Positions 26,401-38,400 of a stretch of DNA of 64,000 nucleotides are shown in pieces (the stretch's first letter is position 1; every line of letters starts with the position of its first letter). The notes below the pieces were generated by a model. The model was not told where the DNA came from. It ran no database searches and saw nothing but the letters and a program-made list of their open reading frames with translations. A program made the position numbers and the translations under genes. The stretch is from contig OZ004610.1 of the NCBI GenBank assembly GCA_963924565.1, positions 28,210,001 to 28,274,000 on the forward strand, given 5' to 3'. The stretch is from Ascidiella aspersa (Eukaryota).

Positions 26401-29400
26401 AGCCTCACATTCATCGAGCTTGCTGGTGTCTGGCTCTTCAACGAAAATGACCGTAAAACATTCGGCAATATGCGGATGTTTCTTTAACTTCTCGCCATGG
26501 TAGGTTGCGTAGTGGTGAAGCAGCGCTGCGTTGTCGTTTGTTGTTGCTGAGTTAAATGTATTCCTTTTGTATACTATTTTAACTCGTGATTCGAGCGCCT
26601 TTTCTTTGTTTGAGAGCCTGAGTAGATGAGCGAATGGAGTAGCCCATGCGACAACACGGTCTTTCGTCTTTTCTTTAGTGTGTCGGAGTCTCTCGGTCCA
26701 CGATTTAGCCTCATTAAGGTTGTAATCCGTGAGGCCAGCGGGAAAACAGGACTTCCTGCATTTCATCTTCAGTTGCTCCAGATTTCGGTGGTAGTCCTCA
26801 TCGGATTCATTAAGCCTCCTGAGGCGGCTTGCTTCACCCAACACAATAGATTTGTAAATATGCAATGGATGGTAAGAGGAGCCATGCAAAAAACATCTAT
26901 TTTTTGCTGTGATCTTAACGTTGTCCCGAGTTGTGAATCCTAGTGAAGCCGTCTTAGAGTGAGCGTGAAGCACATCGAGAAATTCTACGTCGTATTTAGG
27001 GTAATCCGAACAAAAAACCCGAAATGTTAATTGCAGTCCCTCGTTGGAGAATGCCGACAAAAGCGCAGATCTAATTCTTTGCGTGGTATTGACCCCCATG
27101 GATATGAAAATGATGTCATCAATAAAACGCTTGAAGATTTTAGCCGTGCCTAACGTGTCTGCGATCGATTCAACGATGAAGTGCATGGCAATGTTGGCTA
27201 TTGAGACGGAATGATTGTCGCCTGTTATAATACCCTCTTTCTGACGATAAAAACTGTTCTACGTCTGTCGTCTAACTAGGCTACAACTTCAAGCCATTAT
27301 GACTGTAGAGTAGACCAGAGGTTCCAAACGTGGGCGGTACCGCCCCCTTGTGGGCGTTGACGAGTTACAAGGGGGCGTTTTGGGTCTTTTTCTCATTTGG
27401 GGGGCGCTGAACGCACATAAGGGGGCGTTACATGAAAGTACTTACGGAAACATTTCATAAAAAGTTCACATAAAATACTAACAAACAGCAATTTAGGTAA
27501 CTTTTAACCTTAAATGGCAACTTCCGTACTGCGAATTTGTAGTAGTTTCCCGATCATTGTTACGCAATAATTGGCTTTCTTATGTTAAGTTGTTGGTTGC
27601 TGTTGCGTTTCACCGTTTTATACGTGACAAAATGTTTGTATATTTAAAGACATAACCTGGTGAAATAATGTATGTATTACTTCCTGTAGTGAATGTATGT
27701 TAGATAACCAAAATATGACTGACAGCTTATCGAAACGAAAGTGAAGACAATATGATGTTAGACAACGATTAATGTAATACTTTACCGTAAAGCAAGATGA
27801 GGGGGGCGATATGAAATAATATTGAGCTCGAGGGGGCACTAGTGTAAAAAAGGTTGGGAAACACTGGTGTAGACTAATAAAGATCATAAGTTGTAAATTA
27901 ATAGAGCGAAACAATTCTTGGTATAGGCTGAAAAGCGTCGAAGTATGCTAAAAACGCGGGCACTTTGCTTCGTGATACACGGATTACACTTGTTTCTTTT
28001 TTTCTCCCGAAAGTTTATAGACGCGTCTGCCATTATCGTAAAGCGTTTGTTTAAAAAACGCTGCTGGTTGCGGAAAGTTAAAATATTTCAACGCTTTCGG
28101 TTAGAAGCGAGGAAATTTGCCGTTAACGCTGGCAACGCGTTATGTGTGAACTGGACGACGCTAGTGTTTTGCGCCAGATACTAACGCCATACGCAAAACG
28201 CGTCTAGTGTGAACTAACCTTAACATTCACGACAGATTTCTCTTAACGGGTTACGTTATATTTCCATCAATCAGTACTCACCTCTCTGCAGGTTCAACGT
28301 AAAGTTTCTCGACGAAGAGTCCTGGATGTAGTTTAGCCCGTATGTCGATGGCGATTTCGCGACACCAGTTGGCATCAACCGCCTTCCCACCAGAGTAGCG
28401 GATCTTGATTTGCCCGTCGCATACTTTCGAAGCTGCATAAAGACGACAGACAATTGTTTAATAAGGCATAAAATTGTGATGGGCTAGGTTTGGTCTTAGA
28501 CAACGCGTCTTGTAGGACGATATTTTTAGTTATTCCAATTTCTCGTTAATGAGAGTTAGAAGGTGGCCTTTAACGAAAGGATTTTTGTAACTTTTCATAT
28601 TGCAGTATTGCCCAATGGATCCTGCAATAGTACCTACACTGTCGTTGGAAATTACCTTAGCCATCAAGCACCCCTCGGTAATTGATCACACAAAACAGTC
28701 AGCGATGGTTTAAACACTACATCTTGCCTAGGGCAAGAGCCGCCAACATTTTTGTCATAAAGGCCCTGGCTATTGTAAGGATTGACGATAGCGGGCCAGA
28801 TTTAAAGTTTGTTGTCAAACTTTATTAATTTGATTATTATCTAAATAAAAGAAATCTAAACAACTTGGCAACAAAAACTGTTACAGGTTTTATAAATTGT
28901 CTTTCAGTTGAACATTTCTTTAAAATTGAGTTCTGAATTGGGTCCGACAACATTTTAACTGTGTCTTCATTAAGATGATTAAGGTAATATGCCTTGGGCC
29001 GGTAGAATTAACTCTGCGGGCAGAATCTGGCACACAGGCCAATTTTGGTGAACCCTGGTCTTGGGTCGGACGCTGTTTTAGGTTGGCCAGTCTGATTTTG
29101 TGTGGTGTTTATGTAACGTTATTGCCCGAGCAATTGCCAAGTAGAGTAGGAACAAGGATGGAGAAACTACCTACTGCAGACTGCACGGCACGAATCTATC
29201 GCGTGTTAGCCTACAAAATGTAGCCAGTGTGGAATGTAATTTTTAAGGAAATTTTGATTGTATTGTTAAATGGTAAACGTTGTACACAAATCGCAAGGAT
29301 GGCAGAACTCAACTTGACCACCGAAATTATTATTCGGTTTATATAAAAGGGCGGATCGTTATGAAACCTGCTTGCCCGAAGTAGTGCCCCGCTCACGCGT

Positions 29401-32400
29401 TTATAAATACCCGCACTGTAATTGGGTTATAATATTTCGAGTTAACTTTACTTTTTGAATGGGCTATAAACGGCATTTGTGATGACAAACTTTTTATACC
29501 ACAGCTGCAATGAAAACATCGAAGACAAAAAACAAAAGAGTAAAATTTTTAGGAGTTTAATAATTTAAATTCAATGCTATGGCAAAAATAAATCTTCGCT
29601 ATATTTCGAAGTTCGAAAACTAAATATCTAGACCAGGGGTCACCCAATCAGGTTTTTTTTTAAGGTTTGGTTTGGGTGACCGCTAAGTAGTTTTAAGAGA
29701 CCGCAAGTGTTTCATTTAAATACCAAAAAGTTGCAAGTCCAAAATTTGGGAAACCGCTGGAGAAATTTGGGGGACCGTTTCGGTCCAAAACACCTTAAAA
29801 AAAACACTGCACCAAACTACGGATATTAATCTGGTTCGAACCTATTTCCTTAACGAAGGTGAATTACAGTTGAAATGTGGAATTGGATAGTTATTTGTAT
29901 TTTTGTAGAACGATAATTAACTTGATAAAAGTGGACAAAAAGACTTGTATCCGGCCCGCGATCGTAAATCCCCAACAGCTATCCGGTCAGCGATGGTCAG
30001 GCTCTATAATTTACGGCCTGTTTCGAAAAAAGGTTGGTGACTCTGGTCTAGGCTTTGAGGAAAATATTTTCTAAGAACGTGATGTCTCTACCGCGCCATT
30101 TAATTTAACCTAGCCCGAAAATCAGACTTACGGCTCTTGGAAAACTTACAGAAAAGCGTAAAATCAACCATCACTGGTAATCAAGGAACGCACACGCATA
30201 CGTAAGGGCTTTTTCGCGCTCGTATACGTATGTGGAAACTTTCAGAGAAGCAAGAATAAACCATCACTGGTATTCGCTCAACGCATACGCGTCCGTAAGC
30301 GCTTTTTCGCGCACGTAAACGTACGTAGAAGCTTACAAAAAACGTGAAATCAACCATCACTGGTATTCCAGCAACGCATACGTGTCCGTAAGCGTTTTTT
30401 GCGCGCAAAACGTACGTAGAAACTTACAGAAAAGGGAGAAATCAAGTACAAACTAGAATCCAGCAACGCGTACGCGTCCGTATGTGTTTTTTGCGCGTAA
30501 ACGTACGTAGAAACTTACAAAAAAGCGAGAAATTAATCATCACTCGTATTCCAGCAACGCATACGCGTCCGTAAGCGCTTTTTCGCATACGAAACGTACG
30601 TAGAAACTTACTAAAAAGCGAGAAATTACGCATCATGATATTACATCAACGTAAACGCGTCCGTAAGCGTTTTTGTCGCACGTAAAGGTACGTAGAAACT
30701 TACAGAAAAGCGAGAATCAACCATCACTCGTATTCCAGCAACACATACGCGTCCGTAAGCGTTTTTGTCGCACGTAAAGGTACGTAGAAACTTACAGAAA
30801 AGCGAGAATCAACCATCACTCGTATTCCAGCAACGCATACGCGTCCGTAAACGCTTTTTGCGTGCGTAAACGTAAGTATAAACTTACAGAAAAGCGAGAA
30901 ATCAACTTGCACTGGTATTCCAGCAACGCATACGCGTCCGTAAGCGCTTTTTTATACTTATTACTTACTTTTCCTTGCGATCGGTTTGTCGTCGGCCAGG
31001 TTCTCGCTTCCGGCCACCAGCTTCACTTTCAGGCTCTTCTGTTTCCCTGGCAACAGCGGCAGGTGGAGGTCCTCGCAGGAGAGCCGGAGCCAGGACTCGG
31101 AGTCGATTATTTTCCGAGAACCTGGAGGCAGGGAAGATGTTGGCGTGGAGACGGAGGACTTGAGCTCGACGAAGTCGATTGGAAGACGGTTCTCGCAAGA
31201 ATCCCGCATCAGGGACACATCCAGATCTTGGCTGAGGAAGAGAGAAGATTAGTGATGAAAAGTGGATTAAGTAATGAGAGAAAGGCGACCTAAATGATTT
31301 GAAAGAAGATGTAGGGACTGTAAGATAAGATAGGAACAAGAGAAAGACTTGACCTTAGCCAGAATCCCGCATCAGGGAGACATTCAGATCTTGGCACGAG
31401 AGAACATTATTAAGGAGGATTGAGGATTAAGTATGGAGACAAAGGCAAGCTGGATGAGTCGGAAGAAGATGTAGGGACGGTAAGATAAGATAGGAAGATT
31501 TGAAAACAGGATAAGGATGACACGATCTTAGCCAGAGTATCGCATTCGGGATACCTCCAGGTATTGTCTGGGAGGAAGTAAAAGCATCATGAAGGAGGAG
31601 AAAAAGAGATGTGGAGAGCAAGATAAAGTATGAGAAGATGAGCTGTTGAGGTGATGCTAACCTTTTAATATTTTATCTTATTTAACATTGAGCACTCCTA
31701 CTGGCGCGCTTTGCCTCGAGCAGAAACGTGTCTTCTTCGTGTCCTTTATTTTAGACGTGACCGTGTTTCTGTTAACAACTACTTTTGTTGCGGTGTAAAT
31801 TATAGTTGTACACTTATTTTTGTGAACCATCATTGTGTTTATGGACTGTTAACTGATGAAGACTTCGGTCGACATCAACTTTCAGTGATGATTAGACAAG
31901 GCGGAGAACATTGAGCAAGGAGACAATAAGGCGGAAACGAAAAGATGTGGCAACAAGGATAAGATGGTTACAGATAAATCGCGCATCACGGTCAGGCGCT
32001 GGCCGCAGGTATTTGCATAGGAAAAATAAAATAAGGGTAAGGGTAAGAAAGAAAACGATCATCTAGAGCAGTGTTTCTTAATCTTTTTTGCGCTCGTACT
32101 CTTTGAACTTCCATAAAATTTTCTCGCACCCCTGTCTACGATGGTTAACGGAAGTAAATAAAATTGTAAAAGTAGAAATTAAACTTAGTGTATTTATAAA
32201 TAACGTGTTAAAAGCATGCATTAAAAAACAGTCTTGTAAGTTCAACAATACTTAAAACACACAAACAATCGGTCAATCTACTAATGGATTTTTTGTTGCT
32301 GCTTTTCGTAAACTACGCATTTTTCACAAATATGCCTAAATAGCGCATAATTTCACACTACATGTCGTACCCCCTGCTTTGGTGCTTCGTACCACCAAGG

Positions 32401-35400
32401 GGTACATGTACCTCTGGTTAATAACCCCTGATCTAGCGGATAAGAGTGAACAGAGAGAAGATAGGAAGAAAAATATAAGAGTACTAAAATTAGATAGGGT
32501 GGGAGAGAAGAAGCAAAATACGTAAAAAGAGAATAGTGGTTAAAAAGAATAAGATGGTGATGCGAAAAGGAAAGTGTTGAGATGGTATGAAGATAAACGT
32601 GATGGCAAGATAAATAATAAGTGAGGAGGAAAAGAAAGTCATCAATTTGTGTTAAAGTCTGAGACGTTTGAGGAAAATAAAGGGGCTTTAAAATATACCG
32701 TGTGCGCATCACAAGTCTTTTTCGAGAAATATTCAATTAACCGCTTTAAATTCTCCACACACCTTTCTCCAGGATACATGCCGACACTTATCCGCTGGGC
32801 TTCGGAAGACAGAAAGCTTGAGTTCCTCTGAATAACACATGAAATAAACTGTTTACAAACATTAAAATCACTTGGACAAACTGCTCTACAAAAACAGAAC
32901 CGTTTTAACATTCTTTGCACCAATTTCTCTCAATCTTAAATAAAAAAAATGGTGTTAACGTAAATATTTTTTAATTTGAAGAACAATTAGGTATATCTTT
33001 GTAAATAAAGTGTTATTTTCGTATGTAAGAGCCGCAACAAGCAACTTATTCTTGAATAAAATATTTTAAACTTCGTTGTAACCAAAAACGAACTGTTTGC
33101 CGAATATATTTACTTAGTTGTAAATATCGTGTTTCCCGATATTTTCTCGGGTAGGTAAAAGAGGTGAACTCCTAGATTGAGAACCAGACTTGGTAAAACA
33201 ATATAGATCGTTTATTTCCTACCTGTAGCAAAATTATTTCCTACCTGTAGCAAAATTATTTCCTACCTGTAGCAAAATTATTTCCTACCTGTAGCAAAAT
33301 TATTCCCCACCTGTAGCAAAATTATTTCCTACCTGTAGCAAAATTATTCCCCACCTGTAGCAAAATTATTTCCTACCTGTAGCAAAATTATTCCCCACCT
33401 GTAGCAAAATTATTTCCTACCTGTAGCAAAATTATTCCCCACCTGTAGCAAAATTATTTCCTACCTGTAGCAAAATTATTCCCCACCTGTAGCAAGGGTA
33501 GCTCTGGTATGACCTCAATCTCAAACTCGTCCACTTTGATCCAAGGAATGTTCGAGAAAAGACACTTGGAACGAACTCCGAACAACACGAACTCGTAACC
33601 TGCAATGAAGTACACACAACAGGTTTACTTACCTGTAGTTCAATGGACGATAAGTTAGCAATGATCTCTATTTTTTAAACTGGTTTCTGCTAGCAAAAAC
33701 AGATACAAAGCGAAAATTTCAGGCTTAACTTATGACTTAATGGCAAACGGGGTAGTTTACCAAGGGATACATTTTCAGTGTTGATCTTATGGTAAAGAAA
33801 ATGAGAAATATTTTTTTGGGTAATTTTACAAACAAAATATATATTTAAAGATAATTTTATTCTTATTTTATCCTAAGTTAAAAATCAAGCTTAACAATTT
33901 ATTATTCGTATTTTCCACAAAAAACAAACATTTCCGAAAAATAATTTTCGACCCATATAATAAAGGATCCTATAGTTGTTTACTTGACAAATTACGTTGT
34001 GGGGGGATAAATTTGCTGTTCCGTAACGATACAAGTACCATGAATTATTGCTAATGGCCACGCTTTCTTAGGTCTGATTAGCTTGCATTTCGATTAAAAA
34101 ATAGTTCAACAAAAACAAAAACATTTTTTAACGGTGGAAATTTGAAGCAAAGGTAAAAGACGCGGATCCGAGGCATACAAGACAAAAGCGTTTGAAGTTA
34201 ACCTTGTTCAGAATTTAGGTAATTTGCAACGACAAAATTTATGGTAAGCTATCTCAACTAAGATCCCAGTGTCCCTTTTGTGTACTAATTAGAAAATTTC
34301 AAGAGCTTGTTTTACAAGAGCATAGGCAAAAAATGATTAAAGTTTGTTGTTTTCTGGCTTGTTTCAACATGCTATTTCGAGAAGGAAGTTAAATAACACA
34401 AATAAAAGGTAAATACAAACCAATCTATAAAAGGGCTTAATTTTATATTCCTTTAAAAAATGTCTGAGCCTGGTTTTACTCGGGTTTTTTAACTTTGAGT
34501 TTTATTGTTTATATACGCGTCAGCGGAACAGTGGTCAACAAGCAGAAACCTGCCGTCAATGGTTTTGGATTCCAAAAGATTCGCCCTTTTATAGATTGTT
34601 TTATTTTGCAGCAAGTAACACGGGCGCCTTTTTATTCGTAGCTAAATTAACCCACAAGCTAGAAAGTTGAAGGAATTCAACCCTACAGACCACTCACTTA
34701 AGTAAAGCCTTTCTTAAACACTGGTTAATAACACGTGCGCCTTTTTATTCGTAGCTAAATTAGCCTTACAAGCTAGAGCTGAAACACTTCACCCGTACAT
34801 ACCACACACTTAAGTAAAGTGTTTCTAGCACACTGGTTAGTCCTCTTACCCTTGACATGTATCCTTCCCGGCTTTAAGGGCACCAAGGCCAGTGTGACGT
34901 CAGCGCATCCAGCGGGTGGTATGTCTAGCGCCACCGAGTGACAGTCGAAGTCCTTCTGCGGACTTTTGTCGGGCAATTTGATCTCGCAGATGAGCTTGAG
35001 ACGGGATATACGCACGTGGTGCGAGGATAGGGGGTTGGTGACTTTGAGAGTGATTTCAGCCAGAGTGTTCACGCACCATTGGAAATCTGCGTGAATTTTT
35101 TTTTGAGATTTCCGAGTTAACTGTACTTTTTGATTAAACTTTAAGTGGCATTTGAGATGACAGACTTTTTATACCACAGCTGCAATAAAAACATCAAAAA
35201 AAGAGAAATAAAAGAGGAAATATATAGTTATTTTCATATATATATATAATTATTTATATTAGTATAGTTAAATATGAATTCTGCGTATTTTTTTGAAGGG
35301 TGGATAAAAGATGTATAGGGTTGACATATTGAGATTTTTCAAATAAAATGTAAAGTTTTTAATGGTTTAAAATTGGTGCCCTCTACTTGTTTTGAATATA

Positions 35401-38400
35401 ACTTAAATTGATTGTAAAACAGTTTCAATGTCATGATCAACAAACTTTTGTTCGGATAAATGGACATAGAAAAGATAAATTTTACAAATATAGGATGTTT
35501 TTTTTTGAAGGGTGGATAAAGGATGGATAGGGCTGCCATATTGAGATTTTTCAAATAAAATGTAAAGTTTTCAACGGTTTAAAAGACGTTTATTGAGTTT
35601 GCTTTGAAATCGAAAGGGTATAAATGCAATGGCCAACACAATAACTAGTAGTTTGAAAATTGGTTTCCCATTTCTTTCTAAAAAGGTTAAAGTTTATCAC
35701 ATATTATTTATTTCATGGATGATTTTTTAGAAAATAAGTTTTCAGGAGTTAACAGGACCAATCTAAAGGTTGTGGCTTTATTAGGTCAAGGATGACCGTT
35801 GCCACACAGTTGACATTCAATCAAAGAAAATTAATAGCATTTCAAATACCTAAAATTGGTTCGCTTTACGTTTTTCAATGCAATTCGGAAATAAAACAGT
35901 ATACATGCCATGGTCAACACAAAACAAAAATAAGTAAAAAATATTTTTTTAACCGCACTTACTTACCGCTTAACTTAAAAGACTCTTAGGAATAACATAG
36001 GTTTTTTCAATGACTTTTCAACCCACAAATCAATTCAAAGAAACTGAAAGACTTTTAAAGATACAAAGACTTTGCGTCAAGTGGCACCCCTGTATAGGCC
36101 AATGCAAGCTAAACACAAGTAGGACTCACTGATAGTGTCCGAATCGTCGTTGGCGCCTTGCTGGGCGAAAGGCGAGAAAAGGAAAACGCTGCTGGTTGTT
36201 TCGCCAGTTCGAAGCAAGGCAGGTCGAAGGGGTAGTTGCAACGGCTGTGGCGCGACATCGCTGCATATTAATATATCTGAATTGATTAAAACCCCTTCTA
36301 TAGTTTGGCTTCGTCAACTTTAATGTTACAAAATTGTGACCTTGAAATAACTATCTTTTAACGCCAAATAGCACAGTCTTTCGATTGCTGTTTAACATTT
36401 AATCGTTTATTTAAATGTAGATTCTTACGTCATTCTAGTATTTGTCATTAAATAACCACAAATTTTGCAATTTTTTACAATAATTGATATACATTAGGTC
36501 AGTCAGGGGTTCTTAAACTGGGGCTCGTGGACTAATTTGAGTGGCTCAACGAAGGCCTGAAGAAAAAAAAATTGTAAAAAAAAGAGTTTTAATTAAAAAA
36601 AGTTTCTTAAATACTTTTTTTTCATTTCAGTTTCACATTTGTTGAACTGAAAACAGCAGGTTTCCTAGGTCTACTTGCTTCATGACATCAATGTATGACG
36701 TCATCTCTAAAAATCCCACGCCTACCCTGGTTCACAAGAAGTGAAAACATTTTTAGGGCATCCTTCAAAAAAGTTTAAGAACAACTGCATTAGGTGTTAA
36801 TTAGGCGTAATGGTACGAAAGACCACTAGTCTGCGAAGACCAAAATTTCAATTCACCGGACAATAGGCAGACTGTAGAGGCTAAGGGAAGGCAGAATCGT
36901 TCCGTCTTGCAGCTGTAGCAGCTCGGCCTCCTTATTCTGGCTGATTCGACTGGAGGATGCCTCCAGGTTGACGCAGTACTCCTTGATCTCGGCGTCGGTT
37001 AGATGCCTGTGCATCTTCATCAGCAAGTAAACCGTGTACCTGGAAGTCGGGTAAGAGAAACAAACAGTGGTTTCTAGATTGTAGCAAAGGAGTATTTTGG
37101 CAACAAATGATGCCAACTGATGATAAGATATTTTAGTTCTAAAATAATGTAGATGCGGTAGACATGACACCAAATCAATAAAATAGTGCATTAGTATTCA
37201 CACAATTATATCAATTACTTACCTAAAGTAGATGAAAACATGGTAAAAAAAAATTTTCGTAACAAATGTTGTTGAAATGTCACGTTTTTACCGTGACTAT
37301 ACTCACTTTTAAACTGTAAAACACGTTTATTTATACATAAAATCTGAATTTTTCAAATTGACGTAGCACGGTCAATACTAAACCAAACATGCTCAGTTTT
37401 GGTTTGTAGGGTTTTTAGACGCAACCTAACAAATCCAGGGGGTCCCCACTGAAATTCGACAAAAAAAGTGTTTTTTTTAACGACTCTTATGAGTAGTATG
37501 GTGTAGTGTACATACAACAAACATCCTAAAAACAGAAATTGTATGTTTAATCACATAAAATAGTGATTGTAGAAGCATAAAAGAACCGTGAAAACAACTT
37601 GCATCTTGTTGTGCCTTGTTCAGTGCGTAAGCATTAGGCATGTAAGGTTGTTAAAAGAGCAGACTGAAAACTGCCAAACGCCAAAGGACATAAACCGGCT
37701 TATCAGTAAAACATTTACTTTTTTCGGTTAAGCTAACATCCCTGTTAAACAAAGAGTATGAGGACAAAAATACAGCACTCCTAACATTGAAAAACAGCAT
37801 AGCCAGGCCAACGGGAAATACAGCATACGGCTTTATATTTTGCCATTTAGATGGCCCCAAGCTGACAACATTGATGTTATAGTTAAGATTGGGGAGAATA
37901 CATTTTTTCACATTCGCACGATGTTGACCTAGCTTCTATAAGTAGTAAATTTTTTTTATAAATAAGCAGTAAAATTTTTATTTTTTTTTTTTTTTTTATT
38001 TTTTTTTTTTGAAACAAATAATTACTAAGCTAACCAAGATGTTTAACAGGCCCTTTTACTTTAAAATGTCGCTTTTGGGGGAATGTGCTTTTGGCGATAG
38101 GTATATAGTATTTAGTACCAGAGCGGAAAACTGTTTTGAATAAAATAATAGCGTAACGTTGCAGAAATTCAAAACAAAGTACGAGGCTTTTAAAACCTGT
38201 GATTTTCAACTTGCCTGATTAGTGTGCCTCGAGACATTCTAAAAAGTCTACCGCGATTTTTTATGTGCCGCAAGCTAAAAACGTTTGGGAGCCACTGTTT
38301 TAGAACCGCTGTTTTAGTTTAATATAAATTTTTAATTTTCAAGAGTGGCTCAAAAGGTAATGCTGGGATAGTTCCTCAGATTTATAGTAACGGTCAGATA

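Noticed and set aside
30181-30912. Repetitive minus-strand ORFs (..YGRVCVAGI..)
   Set aside because: Translations of the 92-bp satellite, with frames shifting between units.
33212-33495. CRISPR-like array
   Set aside because: Units are head-to-tail with no unique spacers, the context is eukaryotic and there are no cas genes; it is a minisatellite.
33600-33640. Perfect CAG|GTAAGT 33 nt upstream of the exon-13 acceptor, as a micro-intron or extra exon
   Set aside because: 33 nt is too short for a normal intron, and the TRAPPC9 frame is complete without it.
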